DNA of 64,000 nucleotides from Candidatus Aenigmatarchaeota archaeon (lineage in GTDB: Archaea; Aenigmatarchaeota; Aenigmatarchaeia; GW2011-AR5), in the NCBI GenBank assembly GCA_016198685.1, contig JACQID010000006.1:115388-179387 (forward strand). The letters are read 5' to 3'. Shown in pieces: positions 1 to 10,589 of the stretch (positions are counted from its first letter, which is position 1; each line of letters begins with the position of its first letter). A program made the position numbers and the translations under genes. Under the pieces are notes generated by a model that was given only the letters and a program-made list of their open reading frames with translations, had not been told where the DNA came from and searched no databases.

Positions 1-1
1 C

Positions 2-1078
2 GGAATCGCATATCATGCCATGGATCAGATGAACAGGCGTGGATTTTTGAAAAAAGGCTTCATCATGAACCAGAACAAAGGCGGAAATATAGGGCCTCTC
101 ACTAAATTTTTCTTCCCGCCCAAACCGCCTTATTTCCCCATAGACAGCTATTATTCCATAAGAAACACGATTTTTGATAATTTCGTTGCGCAAATGATGC
201 CTAAAGATGCCGACATATTTCACGGTTGGATAGGCCACGGAATGAAATCCTTCGAAAGGGCGAAGGCCATGGGAATAAGGACCGTGACGCACGGCGCATC
301 CCTCCATCCGGTAGACCAGAACAAGATACTCGTGGAAGAGTTCGCTAAATACAAAGTAAACGATGCGCCCTTGTCCGCGAAGACCGTAGACAAATACGTA
401 AAGGAACTCAGGAATGTGGAATACATAGCTGCGTCGTGCGACGTCTCAAAGGACAGCTTCATACAAAACGGTTATCCTGAAGAAAATGTTTTTGAAACGC
501 CTTTTGGCGTAGACACTGAAAAGTATACTCCGGGAGAAAAGACAGATGACATTTTCAGGGCAATATTCATAGGCACGGTCGGCTTGAGAAAAGGCCCGCA
601 ATATCTGCTTGATGCATGGACCAAATGGAAGGCGAATAACAAGGAACTTGTTATTCTCGGTCCCATCGAAAGCACTATAGCGCCAATAATGGCGCCTTTC
701 CGCAATTCCAAAGACGTCAGATGGGTCAAATGGAGCGATGATCTGAAGAAGATGTGCAATGACTCATCCGTATTCATATTGCCTGCGCTCGAGGAAGGAG
801 GGACTACGCTTGCGCAGATGACTGCCATGGCATGCGGCCTTCCGTGCATAGTGACGCATGCGACTTACTTTCCCGTAAGGGACGGAAAAGAAGGATTGAT
901 AATAGACGAAAGAGACTTGACGCAGATTAAAGAAGCACTGAAATATTTCAAGGACAATCCTTCCGAAGTCAAGCGCATGGGCAAGAATGCAAGAAAACGC
1001 GCAGAAAAATACACATGGGATTATTACGGGCAGACGCTCGAAAAAATGTTCAAGGAGATTATGGAGAGAGGTTCATGA
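2..1078 (+). CDS. Glycosyltransferase family 4 (5'-truncated at window edge)
   Basis: Frame open from position 2; GT4 motifs FGVD, RKG, EEGG...AMACGLP, YTW near the C-terminus. Confidence 0.85.
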   Translation, partial: GIAYHAMDQMNRRGFLKKGFIMNQNKGGNIGPLTKFFFPPKPPYFPIDSYYSIRNTIFDNFVAQMMPKDADIFHGWIGHGMKSFERAKAMGIRTVTHGASLHPVDQNKILVEEFAKYKVNDAPLSAKTVDKYVKELRNVEYIAASCDVSKDSFIQNGYPEENVFETPFGVDTEKYTPGEKTDDIFRAIFIGTVGLRKGPQYLLDAWTKWKANNKELVILGPIESTIAPIMAPFRNSKDVRWVKWSDDLKKMCNDSSVFILPALEEGGTTLAQMTAMACGLPCIVTHATYFPVRDGKEGLIIDERDLTQIKEALKYFKDNPSEVKRMGKNARKRAEKYTWDYYGQTLEKMFKEIMERGS

Positions 1079-2577
1079 TAACTTTAGGAATAAGCATGCA
1101 TCATGACAGCAGTGCTGCTCTTGTGGACGACGGGCAGGTTCTTGATGCGGCGGCCGAGGAAAGGTTTACGCGCGTAAAGCACGATGGGAATGTTCCTGTA
1201 AAGGCCATTGAATGGCTCTTGCAAAAGCATGCACTCAAGGCGGAAGATCTTGTTGTCACGCTTTCCGAAAACAGGCCTAACCCGTTGTATAATATGGGAA
1301 ATCATTATGGCAATTTGCTTCATATGCCGTTTTACGTCAAGGAGACCGTGCTGAAGACGAATGTGCCGGCTTATCTCAAAAAATTCAAGAAAACAGTTTT
1401 CGTTCCGCATGAACTCGGGCACGCAAGAAGCGCGTTTGGGAGCTCTTCTTTCAATAAAGCCGCGATAATAGTCATGGATGGCGCCGGAACCGACCATGCA
1501 AAAGCCGTTTCAGGGGGCATATTCCATGGCAACGGCAAGGAGATAGAGCCCATTGAATACATGGACATCAAGAGAAGCTTAGGATTTTTCTATGGCGGGC
1601 TGACCGTTGCCCTTGACTTCCAGTTCAACGACGGCGAATGGAAAACAATGGGTCTTGCGCCTTATGGAGGGAATTACATCCAGGAACTGGAAGATTTATG
1701 GAGGAAAGAGAAGTGGGACACTTATTACAGGAACATGCCAAAGATGAAAGCAATCGTGGCCAAGCACAGAAAGGAGGACATAGCTTTCACGGCCCAGAAA
1801 ATACTTGAGGATGAAGTTGTCAGGCTTTGCGACAGGGCAGTTGAGTTAACGGGGACAAAAAACATCTGCATTGCCGGCGGAGTGGGCCTCAATGTCAAGG
1901 CGAATATGCTGCTTGTAGAAAAAGGATACGATGTCTTTGTCTATCCGAATCCCGGAGACAGCGGACTTGCCGTCGGCACGGCGCTGGAGTTCCAACAGGA
2001 GAAAAGAGAGATAGATGCAATTTATTACGGCCCTGATTATGACTTCATTGCGGGCGAAAAAATCGATCCTTCCCAGACGGCGGCAGACCTTCTTGAGAAG
2101 GGCAAAGTCATAGGCTGGTTTCAGGGAAAGATGGAATGGGGCCCAAGGGCATTGGGAAACAGAAGCATTCTTGCAGATCCCAGCAAAGCTGACATGAAGG
2201 ACGTAGTGAACAGAAAAGTCAAGTATAGGGAAGCATGGAGGCCTTTTGCGCCTTCTATGCTGGAAGAAAAGGCAGGCATGTACGTCGAGAATGCAAAAAA
2301 ATCCCCCTATATGATCATAGGATTCAGGGCCAAAAACGCAGAAGAGATACCTGCAGTCGTCCACGTTGATGGAACAACAAGGCCTCAAACTGTGAACAGG
2401 AGCCAGAACAGAAGATACTATGATCTTATCAAGGCATTCAAGATTCCGGTGGTCATGAATACGTCTTTCAACCTTGCAGGAGAGCCGATAGTATGCACTC
2501 CGCAGGATGCTGTAAATACTTTCAGAAAATCGGGCTTGGACGCATTGATTGTGAACGACCGGCTTCTTGAGAAATAA
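1075..2577 (+). CDS. Carbamoyltransferase, NodU/CmcH family
   Basis: HHDSSAAL, AAEERFTRVKH, GEWKTMGLAPYG, AGGVGLNVKAN, EWGPRALGNRS, VHVDGTTRPQ, NTSFN; ATG at 1075 overlaps the upstream stop (ATGA). Confidence 0.92.
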   Translation: MITLGISMHHDSSAALVDDGQVLDAAAEERFTRVKHDGNVPVKAIEWLLQKHALKAEDLVVTLSENRPNPLYNMGNHYGNLLHMPFYVKETVLKTNVPAYLKKFKKTVFVPHELGHARSAFGSSSFNKAAIIVMDGAGTDHAKAVSGGIFHGNGKEIEPIEYMDIKRSLGFFYGGLTVALDFQFNDGEWKTMGLAPYGGNYIQELEDLWRKEKWDTYYRNMPKMKAIVAKHRKEDIAFTAQKILEDEVVRLCDRAVELTGTKNICIAGGVGLNVKANMLLVEKGYDVFVYPNPGDSGLAVGTALEFQQEKREIDAIYYGPDYDFIAGEKIDPSQTAADLLEKGKVIGWFQGKMEWGPRALGNRSILADPSKADMKDVVNRKVKYREAWRPFAPSMLEEKAGMYVENAKKSPYMIIGFRAKNAEEIPAVVHVDGTTRPQTVNRSQNRRYYDLIKAFKIPVVMNTSFNLAGEPIVCTPQDAVNTFRKSGLDALIVNDRLLEK

Positions 2578-2579
2578 GG

Positions 2580-3569
2580 CTATTCAAGATCCTTAAGCAT
2601 CTGTTTGATTCTGTGAACATACGTATGCTTTTGGATGGCTTTCTTCCTTGCTCTTTGCGCCATAGTTTTTCTTTCTTTTTCATTACGCAAGTAATAGTCT
2701 ATAAGATTTAACATTTCTTTCTTTGTCCTGTATGATGCCATCTCGTTCTTCGCGTAGAATAGCCGAAGGTCCGGCCTGTCGTCAACAAGCATGAAGCCCC
2801 CGCAGGCCGGCGCCTCAAATGCGCGCATGGTGAGGCTTCCCATTGACTGCTCCTGATGAGTTCCTATCGCTATCTTAGAAGCGGTGAACACACGGGACAT
2901 GTTCTGGCCGTTAGCGGGGCGCATGGTGGCGGATTTTTTCAGGGATTCACTTTCGCAGTTCTGCCACTCGTTGCCCCATATCTTAAGTCCGAATCTTTCC
3001 AGCCCAGAAAGAAGCGCTTCCCTTTCCGGGTAATATGTGCCTACAAAGCATAGGTTGCTCCCGAATGCTTCGTGTTCGGCTCCTGAAAGCTCAGCGGGCT
3101 TGTGAATTTCAGGGTCGCATGCAAACGGTAGGAAACGCGCATTGTCAAAACCTAATGCCATCAGGCGCTTTTCCATATCTTTTACCGGAGTGAAGAATGA
3201 ATCATACAGTCGTATGCTTCTGGCGACTTTCGGCGACGAATAAAGCGGATGGAAGGGTGAATCCATGCACCAGTTGGCTGTCTTTATGCCGCGTTTTTTG
3301 AGTGATTCTATGGTAAAAGGCTCGAGTACTTCACCCTTGAGGACAAGCACAAGATCAGGCTTCTCTTTTTTTGCAAGAGAAAGAAGTCGTCTGTTAGGAA
3401 GAGCGTCGCCCAGCACGAGCTTGGAAACAGCATGGCCGGGCAGTCCGTATTTGTGGGCTGATGCCAGATAATCATGCGGAATTATTTCATGGCCGAGCTT
3501 GGCCAATGCCCTCATGCAATAATCCCCAAGCGACCAAGGGGCCTTGGAGTGAGATACAATTATGCGCAT
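2580..3569 (-). CDS. CgeB-like glycosyltransferase
   Basis: W.MDSP, LPFACDP, FVGT, TMRAFEAPACGGF, HTYVHR pattern. Confidence 0.8.
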   Translation of the reverse strand: MRIIVSHSKAPWSLGDYCMRALAKLGHEIIPHDYLASAHKYGLPGHAVSKLVLGDALPNRRLLSLAKKEKPDLVLVLKGEVLEPFTIESLKKRGIKTANWCMDSPFHPLYSSPKVARSIRLYDSFFTPVKDMEKRLMALGFDNARFLPFACDPEIHKPAELSGAEHEAFGSNLCFVGTYYPEREALLSGLERFGLKIWGNEWQNCESESLKKSATMRPANGQNMSRVFTASKIAIGTHQEQSMGSLTMRAFEAPACGGFMLVDDRPDLRLFYAKNEMASYRTKKEMLNLIDYYLRNEKERKTMAQRARKKAIQKHTYVHRIKQMLKDLE

Positions 3570-3619
3570 TATTAATCGGATGTTGGCATCCTTTTAAACT
3601 TTACACCATAACCAGAAAA

Positions 3620-5074
3620 ATGGAGGACCGGAAATACATCATAATGGCGCTGCTTTACGCTCTTTTGCTCTTTCCGGCGTATTATGGGTACAAATCCTTC
3701 GGATTACCGGAAACTTCGGTTCTTGCTGTAGATAATGATGCAACATACCTTGGGACGGTGAAATCCGCTTTATGGGGATTTGCGACGCCATGGCCTTCGC
3801 CGGATGTGAGCATTTTTACCGATGTAACCCTTGGCTCGGCATTCGCGTTCCTTCCTGTAACAGCGGCTTGGCTTGTCACGGGAATTGATCCGTGGCCTAT
3901 AATCATATTCCTTAATACGGCGTTCACCTTTGGCTATCTCGTTGTCATACTGAAAATCATGCAGCGTCTGCTTCCCGCGGGCGAGTGGAAATATGCATTT
4001 CCTATCCTGCTCTTTGCCAATGGGATAGGCGGACTGCTTTATTTTCCTTTGCGGGAGTTTGGCGGCTTCACGGAAGCAGGACTGGGCAATCTTTTCTGGG
4101 GCTGGATGACGAGCTCGGCGTTTTATCAAATCTTCACGCTTTTCACCGGTTTTGCCGCCTTGCTTCTTTTTATGGAAGGCCGGAACTATGCAACTACAGC
4201 GTTGCTTTTCCTCACGTTTCTTATATATCCTATAGCAGGCGCGCTTTTTTCCTGCCTTATAATCGCTTATTCGTTTTTTGATAATCGTTTCCCGGCTTCC
4301 TTAAAGCTGGTTGCACCCTCGCTTCTTGCGACTGTTCCCTGGGGATATTTTATTTTATTGAATAGCGCGCCTTACGAAAAATTGTCTGCTTTTTACTCTA
4401 CCGCTATATCATTCCCGCAGAGTTTCATGATGACAGTTGCGATTAATTCAGGAATTGCGATACTTCTTGCCATCTATGCCGTTTCACAGAAAGGTTTCTT
4501 TGACGACAAAAACAGGAAATTCCTGTGCGCATGGGCCGTCACACTGCTTATTGGCATATTGCTTCAAACGGCAATCAAGAAAATTGATGTTGCGAAACTG
4601 CTTGTAATGTATTGGGTGCCTGTCTCGATTCTGGCCGGCATAGGTTTGCCAGGACTTGCGGCCCGACTAAGGCTCAAGGCTGAGATTATATTTATTGCAA
4701 TAATGATACTTTCATTGCCATCGCTCATCCTCTTTTACGCTAATAATGGCGTGGTGGTTGCATCGGAAATGGACCGGGACGTTTATGCTTCGCTAATATT
4801 TCTGCGTTCGCAGCCTCAAGGCATAGTGCTGACCGATCCTCGCACCGGAAGATATGTGCCTTATCTTGCGGAAAAGCGGTCTTTGACAGGCGCGCCTCTG
4901 CCTGACAATGATGCAGAAACTGCATATGAGAACTTTCTTGAGGGTGACATGCGCATATTAGAAACAAGGAATATCACTTACATAATGACAGACAGCATGC
5001 TTGCCGGCAATGGCATCGAGAAAATATATTCATCTGGAAATCGGTCTGTTTACGTTTTCAAGAAAGTTGTATAG
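3620..5074 (+). CDS. Multi-pass membrane protein, possibly GT-C-fold glycosyltransferase/polymerase
   Basis: Many hydrophobic helices, acidic DNDATY loop after the first TM helix, soluble C-terminal domain; glycan-cluster context; start taken at MEDRK. Confidence 0.6.
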   Translation: MEDRKYIIMALLYALLLFPAYYGYKSFGLPETSVLAVDNDATYLGTVKSALWGFATPWPSPDVSIFTDVTLGSAFAFLPVTAAWLVTGIDPWPIIIFLNTAFTFGYLVVILKIMQRLLPAGEWKYAFPILLFANGIGGLLYFPLREFGGFTEAGLGNLFWGWMTSSAFYQIFTLFTGFAALLLFMEGRNYATTALLFLTFLIYPIAGALFSCLIIAYSFFDNRFPASLKLVAPSLLATVPWGYFILLNSAPYEKLSAFYSTAISFPQSFMMTVAINSGIAILLAIYAVSQKGFFDDKNRKFLCAWAVTLLIGILLQTAIKKIDVAKLLVMYWVPVSILAGIGLPGLAARLRLKAEIIFIAIMILSLPSLILFYANNGVVVASEMDRDVYASLIFLRSQPQGIVLTDPRTGRYVPYLAEKRSLTGAPLPDNDAETAYENFLEGDMRILETRNITYIMTDSMLAGNGIEKIYSSGNRSVYVFKKVV

Positions 5075-6082
5075 TTTTTTCCTGAGAATCTTGAAATCAT
5101 AAACTTTCTCTGCTCTTTCCCTCGCTTTGCGCCCCATCTCTCGTCTTATGGCGGGTTTTTTTTGAAGCGATCTTATTTTCATGACAAACCCATGAGAATC
5201 TTCGGCTAGCATGCCGCATTTTCCGTTATCAAGATCGGTTATATTCTCGCCGATTCTTGTCGCAACAATAGCCTTGCCCATGGACATGAACTCCTTCATT
5301 TTGACCGAGCTTCTTGTTTCTGACGTAAAGAACCTGCCAAAAGGAACGAGGCAGATGTCCATCAGGTCTATGTATTTCGGTATCTCTTCGTGTTTGACAT
5401 AATCTACGAATCGGAATCTGGATTCCAAGCCGTGCGTTCTCACATGTGTCTTGAAATCCCGTACACCCTTCCCGTAGCCGACAACAAGGAATTGAGCATC
5501 CTTTATTTCCTGCGCTATCTCGGTCATTTCCTGATAAGCAAACTTTTTGCCTATTTTGCCCACATATCCTGTTATGCCTATGACCAAGCGGCCATTACTT
5601 GCATTTTTGTGACTTTTGAATTTTTCCGTATCGACGCCGTTAGGTATGTAAATTACGTTGTCTCTGCCTTTAATCGAGACAGCTATTTCTTCAAGCTTCT
5701 TGCTAACAACGACAACCTTATCGGCCATTTCCAGGCACTTGAGTTCCCAATAATGTGGGCTCAAAAGTGAAGGCGCATTCAAACGGAAGTCCGTGAATGC
5801 GTCATCCCAATCCGCAACAAGAATGCTGCCCTTCAGCTTCTTGACTATGATAGCGGGAATCGCAGAAGCTGCAAGCGGCGCTGAAGCATAGATTATTTCA
5901 TCACCGCGTATTTTCATAAAAGAGACAACAGCCTGCCTGAGAATCATGATGAGTTTCAGAGGGAAAAACGAAGGCCACCAAGGCTGGCTGATCTTCTTTG
6001 CGCCTTGCGGAAAGAGACCGGAAAGCCTTATCGAGGTCGCGTACTTTTCAGGGAGCGCGTATATGACCGCAACATTCGTCAT
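5030..6082 (-). CDS. Glycosyltransferase family 4
   Basis: IPNGVD, KMKEFMSMGKAIVAT, MGRKARERAEKVYDF. Confidence 0.85.
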   Translation of the reverse strand: MTNVAVIYALPEKYATSIRLSGLFPQGAKKISQPWWPSFFPLKLIMILRQAVVSFMKIRGDEIIYASAPLAASAIPAIIVKKLKGSILVADWDDAFTDFRLNAPSLLSPHYWELKCLEMADKVVVVSKKLEEIAVSIKGRDNVIYIPNGVDTEKFKSHKNASNGRLVIGITGYVGKIGKKFAYQEMTEIAQEIKDAQFLVVGYGKGVRDFKTHVRTHGLESRFRFVDYVKHEEIPKYIDLMDICLVPFGRFFTSETRSSVKMKEFMSMGKAIVATRIGENITDLDNGKCGMLAEDSHGFVMKIRSLQKKPAIRREMGRKARERAEKVYDFKILRKKLYNFLENVNRPISR

Positions 6083-6084
6083 AG

Positions 6085-7047
6085 TTATGCCCCCTCAAAG
6101 CATATAGATTTCCTGTTCTTCTCCCATTGCTCCTTGTACCAGGTTGCTGTTTCGCGCAATCCGTCTTCTATTGAATATCGGGATTTCCAGTTCAGGAGTT
6201 TCAATGCTTTATTGCTGTCCGAATGCATCTGCCATATTTCGTTCTCCCTATACGGAAGCGAAGCTTCGGCCTGGATAGGATGGCCCATTATATCAAGTAT
6301 TTTTTCTACCACATCCTTTATGGGGATGCCCTTTCCGCATCCTACGTTTATTATCTCGCCTTTTGCTTTTCCGGTCTTTGCCGCTGCAATGAGTGCATCG
6401 ACTATGTCTTTGACGTAATTGAATTCTCGTGTCTGCTCGCCTTTAGTCATGCGGAATGTCTGTTTCTTCAGGCACGAGACTATGAGTTCCGGTATTATCC
6501 TGTTTGGCGTCTGCCACGAACCATAGATATTGAATAATCTCAGAACGGTTGCTGGAAACCCGTAAGTATCATGATAGAGCATGGAATAATGCTCCCCTGC
6601 CAGCTTGCCTGCCGAATACGGGGAAGTGGGCCTCGGGACCATATCCTCCCTGAAAGGGGCCTTGTTTACCGAGCCGTATATTTCGGAGCTTGACGCATAT
6701 ATGAAGCTCTTCACGTTTGTGTTTTCCAGTGCTTCAAGAAGCGAAACAGTGCCAAAGATATTGGATTCCATACTCGTGCGAAGGAAGCTTTTTTCCCGAA
6801 ACGGCAGCGTGAACGCTCCAAGATGAAATATAGTATCCGGCTCAAACTGATTTATTGCGTCCTTAAGCTGGGGGTCGGTAAGGCTCATTCTTATGATTTG
6901 CAGGCTCTTCTTTACGTCTTCTACCCTTTCCTCCGATTTTCCTTCATCGACTATAAGTATCTCATAGTTGCCTGCAAGTTCGCGTGCAAGGTGACTGCCC
7001 AGAAACCCAAGACCGCCTGTTATAAGAGCTCTATTCATTTCCAACAC
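6085..7047 (-). CDS. NAD-dependent sugar epimerase/dehydratase (extended SDR)
   Basis: TGGLGFLG, SSSEIYG, YSAGK, RLFNIYG. Confidence 0.9.
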   Translation of the reverse strand: MLEMNRALITGGLGFLGSHLARELAGNYEILIVDEGKSEERVEDVKKSLQIIRMSLTDPQLKDAINQFEPDTIFHLGAFTLPFREKSFLRTSMESNIFGTVSLLEALENTNVKSFIYASSSEIYGSVNKAPFREDMVPRPTSPYSAGKLAGEHYSMLYHDTYGFPATVLRLFNIYGSWQTPNRIIPELIVSCLKKQTFRMTKGEQTREFNYVKDIVDALIAAAKTGKAKGEIINVGCGKGIPIKDVVEKILDIMGHPIQAEASLPYRENEIWQMHSDSNKALKLLNWKSRYSIEDGLRETATWYKEQWEKNRKSICFEGA

Positions 7048-7987
7048 CGGTATATTTCCTGTACCATGCGATTGTTTTCTTCAGAGAATCTTCCATGGCA
7101 AAAGCTGGTTTCCATCCAAGCATTTTCAGTGCTTTGTCGCTGGAAAGATATTGGGAATGGATTTCGCCTTTAATTGACTCCCCCCTGATTATTGGCTCGC
7201 CCTTCATGTTTGCGGCATTCATCATCGCCTTTACAATATCATAAACAGTCATAGGCTTTGAGGATCCGAAATTGAACGCCTCGCCGGCGACATCGTCAAT
7301 TTTTTCTATGATTTTCATATATGCCCGTACTGCGTCTTCCACGTATATGTATTGTCTTACGGGTGTTCCGTCGGTCCTTATTACAGGCGCTTCGTTTCGT
7401 GCTATAGACACGGCTGCCGAAGGCACTATGCGGCTCATGTTCATGTCGCCGCCTCCAAAGATATTGGCAAGCCTCGTTATGACGACAGTCACCCCGTATG
7501 TATTATGATATGCCTGCGCTATGAGATCTGCGCAAGACTTGGAAGCGTCATAAGGATGAAGACCCCTGAGAGGCGTCTCTTCTGTATACGGTAGTTCCTT
7601 CTGATAGCCGTATGCCTTGTCGCTGGATGCCACTACTACTTTGATTCCAAGAAGCCTCGCGCATTCGAGAACATTATAAGTTCCGCGAATATTGGTTTCC
7701 AGAGTTACCACGGGATTTTTATTCGCCTCAGAAACTATCGTTTGTGCCGCAAGATGCACGCAGATATTGATATTATTTTTTTCGATGGTTTTTTTCACGA
7801 ACGTCATATCCCGGATATCGCCCTTTATTGCTGTTGAAAGGCGGGAATCAAAAACCGATCCGGGGTTATCTTTATCAAACAGGGCAAAGACGGTGGCCCC
7901 CTTATTGGCCAATTCATTGGACAACCAGGACCCAAGGAATCCATTGCCGCCAGTCACGAGAATATTCAAGCCTTCCATATTTTCCAC
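7031..7987 (-). CDS. NDP-sugar 4,6-dehydratase (CDP-glucose 4,6-dehydratase-like)
   Basis: TGGNGFLG, HLAAQ, ASSDKAYG, PYDASK; adjacent to a cytidylyltransferase. Confidence 0.85.
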   Translation of the reverse strand: MENMEGLNILVTGGNGFLGSWLSNELANKGATVFALFDKDNPGSVFDSRLSTAIKGDIRDMTFVKKTIEKNNINICVHLAAQTIVSEANKNPVVTLETNIRGTYNVLECARLLGIKVVVASSDKAYGYQKELPYTEETPLRGLHPYDASKSCADLIAQAYHNTYGVTVVITRLANIFGGGDMNMSRIVPSAAVSIARNEAPVIRTDGTPVRQYIYVEDAVRAYMKIIEKIDDVAGEAFNFGSSKPMTVYDIVKAMMNAANMKGEPIIRGESIKGEIHSQYLSSDKALKMLGWKPAFAMEDSLKKTIAWYRKYTGVGNE

Positions 7988-8664
7988 TCCGCCTTACCTT
8001 TGCTCCAAAGATCGTTAAGCATTATATTGTCCTGGTGAGTATTCATGCTTGCCCAGAAGCCATCATGCCTGAAGGCATAGAGCCTTCCCATGGCAGCTAT
8101 TCTCGGAAGAACATCTTTTTCGAGATCATCCCCATCCTTCATCATGTTGAGGACCGATTTGTCCATGACAAAAAATCCGCCATTGATATAATGATCAAGC
8201 ACGGGCTTTTCCTTGAAATCAATTATTTTTCCACGAGAGTCCATTTTTATTATGCCGTAGGGGGATACGAGCCTTACAGCCGTCACGGTCACCAGCGCAT
8301 TGTTTTTCTTGTGGAATGCGTAGAGATCTTCTAGGTTTACTGTAGAAAGATCGTCTCCATAACTCAAAAAGAAGCTATCGCCTTTTATCAATTCAGCGAT
8401 TTTTTTCAGTCTCTCCGACTTTGAGGTTTCCTCGCCTGTATCCACGAGTTTTATATCCCATTCGCTGTTATTGAAATAGCTTTCAATTGCTTCTTTCCTG
8501 TACCCTAGACAGGCAATGAATTTAGTATGGCCGAAATATAAGAAATATTTCATCAGATGCTCCATGATAGGCATGTCACCGACGCTCATCATGGGCTTGG
8601 GAATATTTTCAGTATGCGGTCTCATGCGCATCCCTTTACCGCCGCACAGCATGACGACTTCCAT
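7966..8664 (-). CDS. rfbF: Glucose-1-phosphate cytidylyltransferase-like
   Basis: LCGGKGMR, PKPM, LVDTG, YGDD, FKEKP, INGGFF, HDGFWASM. Confidence 0.8.
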   Translation of the reverse strand: MEVVMLCGGKGMRMRPHTENIPKPMMSVGDMPIMEHLMKYFLYFGHTKFIACLGYRKEAIESYFNNSEWDIKLVDTGEETSKSERLKKIAELIKGDSFFLSYGDDLSTVNLEDLYAFHKKNNALVTVTAVRLVSPYGIIKMDSRGKIIDFKEKPVLDHYINGGFFVMDKSVLNMMKDGDDLEKDVLPRIAAMGRLYAFRHDGFWASMNTHQDNIMLNDLWSKGKAEWKIWKA

Positions 8665-8687
8665 ATCTAAAGCTAATAATAAGCCTT

Positions 8688-9767
8688 TTAATGCCTAACG
8701 CGAAGAACGGAATCGTACAGCTTTTCAAGTTTACCGGCCTGAACTTTCTCGTTGAATTCCCTTTTGATTTTGCGGTTTGCCGCCCTGCCGAAAGCTATCC
8801 TTTTTTTGGCATCAAGAGCAAGCTCTTTCATGCGATCTGCTAATTTTTCTATATCCTTCTCAGGGACCAGAAAGCCCGTTTTTCCGTCATCTATTATTTC
8901 TGGAATATCGCTGTGAAGCGTGGATATGCAAGGAAGGGAAAGAGACGAGGCTTCCATCAGGGTCACAGGCGTTCCTTCCATATCGCCATTCGATGCTCTG
9001 ATACTCGGAAGGACAAAAACGTCTGCTGAAAGCATCTCGTTTCTTACAATTGTTCTTGGCTCTAGAGACGAAAAATTATCAATGAATTTAATGTCCGGAT
9101 AGCCAGCTGCGATCGTTTTGAGCCTTTTTTCCAAGGGTCCATTTCCGACAATCCTTAATTCACAATGTATATTTTTCCTGACTTCAAGAAACGCTTTTAT
9201 AACATATTCAAGGCCTTTCTTTTCCACAAATCTTGCAACAGACAGGAAAAATATCCTGGATTTCTTTTTTCGTTGAATATATTTTTCGTTTTTAACGCCG
9301 AGATGATGAATTTTTATTTTATCTGGAGGGCAACCGAGGGAAATAAGGCGATCTTTCATGTGGTTGCCAAGAGCTAAAAAAAGCTCACCTTGCTTAAACA
9401 ACTCGTTGTATCCATTGGGGCTTTTTTCCGGAAACCCATAGCAATCATAGCCATAGAATGACGTAATCATGGGTATTGCCGCCTTCTTTTTTATGGCTAC
9501 AATAGCGCGGCCTGCCATACCAAAATGCGAATGTATGATTTTTATCCCTTCATGCTCTATTGCGCTTTGGAAGGTTTTTGAAAGGCCAAAGACCTTGAGT
9601 CCAATTCTCTCGGCCGTTGAAAGTGAATATATTTTTGCCTCAGGGAAGTGTTTAGTGGATTGGGCGGCAAGAATGATCGGGCTGTAACGTTTTGCGTTCT
9701 TCACTTGCGAATAGATGAAAGTCTCGGATGGGTTCAGCCATTTGTGAACAAAATGTGCGACTTTCAA
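8688..9767 (-). CDS. Glycosyltransferase family 4 (WcaL-like)
   Basis: SETFI, HSHFG, VARFVEKKG, GDMEGTPVTLMEA, HSDIPE. Confidence 0.87.
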   Translation of the reverse strand: MKVAHFVHKWLNPSETFIYSQVKNAKRYSPIILAAQSTKHFPEAKIYSLSTAERIGLKVFGLSKTFQSAIEHEGIKIIHSHFGMAGRAIVAIKKKAAIPMITSFYGYDCYGFPEKSPNGYNELFKQGELFLALGNHMKDRLISLGCPPDKIKIHHLGVKNEKYIQRKKKSRIFFLSVARFVEKKGLEYVIKAFLEVRKNIHCELRIVGNGPLEKRLKTIAAGYPDIKFIDNFSSLEPRTIVRNEMLSADVFVLPSIRASNGDMEGTPVTLMEASSLSLPCISTLHSDIPEIIDDGKTGFLVPEKDIEKLADRMKELALDAKKRIAFGRAANRKIKREFNEKVQAGKLEKLYDSVLRVRH

Positions 9768-10585
9768 CTTTTACCACCCTTATCAGTCATAGGCGGTGGT
9801 ATTATCGTTCCTTGCAGTGCCGTCTTTTCAGCCTTCAGGTATGATTCCATATCCCCTATGTCTATCCAGAACGGAAGCTTGGTAACGAAAGCCGCAAGCT
9901 TCTTAGTTTTTACCAAAGCCGGAAATACTGATCTTTCCACTTTCTCCTTGCCGCGTGGCAGAATATCATAAACATCGGAGAGTTCCAAGACATAATAACC
10001 CGCATTTGCAAGTTTCGATGCGGAGGATGTGGGTTTTTCAACAAAGCTTTTCACAAGGTCGCATCCGGCCGCCTTTTCGATCTCAGCAATGCCGAATCTT
10101 GATATGTCTTCTTTAGGAACATCGAAAAGCGCAACAGTAGCCGATATCCCTAACTTCTTCCTGCAAGCATCGTGATATTTCAGCATGCCTGCAATGTCGA
10201 TGTCTGTTATATTATCTCCATATGCAACAATTATCTTCTGGCCTTGCAAATGGGTTTTTTCTATTATATGTTTAAGATCGCCGCCTGTCTCTCTTTGCGG
10301 GGTCTTGATAGTTTTTATTAATCCCGCAAATTCCTTTATGTGCTTCACATAATTTTCTATGCTTTTTGCATGGCTCTCGGCCACGTTTTTTTCATCGATG
10401 TCCTCTTCCTCGGATCCATCCGCTATGCCAAGCAAGATTTCATCGATACCAGGGCATTTTGAGATGTTAGTCACGACCCAGTTCAGCACAGGAACCCCGT
10501 GCACAGGTATAAGAGGCTTGGGTATGCCGTAAGTGAGAGGTCTTAGTCTCGTGCCTTTTCCTGCGGCGAGTATGATTGCCTTCAT
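9764..10585 (-). CDS. Sugar-phosphate nucleotidyltransferase
   Basis: MKAIILAAGKGTRLRPLT..PKPL, YGD, FVEKP, WIDIG; start placed at MKAII. Confidence 0.88.
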   Translation of the reverse strand: MKAIILAAGKGTRLRPLTYGIPKPLIPVHGVPVLNWVVTNISKCPGIDEILLGIADGSEEEDIDEKNVAESHAKSIENYVKHIKEFAGLIKTIKTPQRETGGDLKHIIEKTHLQGQKIIVAYGDNITDIDIAGMLKYHDACRKKLGISATVALFDVPKEDISRFGIAEIEKAAGCDLVKSFVEKPTSSASKLANAGYYVLELSDVYDILPRGKEKVERSVFPALVKTKKLAAFVTKLPFWIDIGDMESYLKAEKTALQGTIIPPPMTDKGGKS

Positions 10586-10589
10586 GGAA

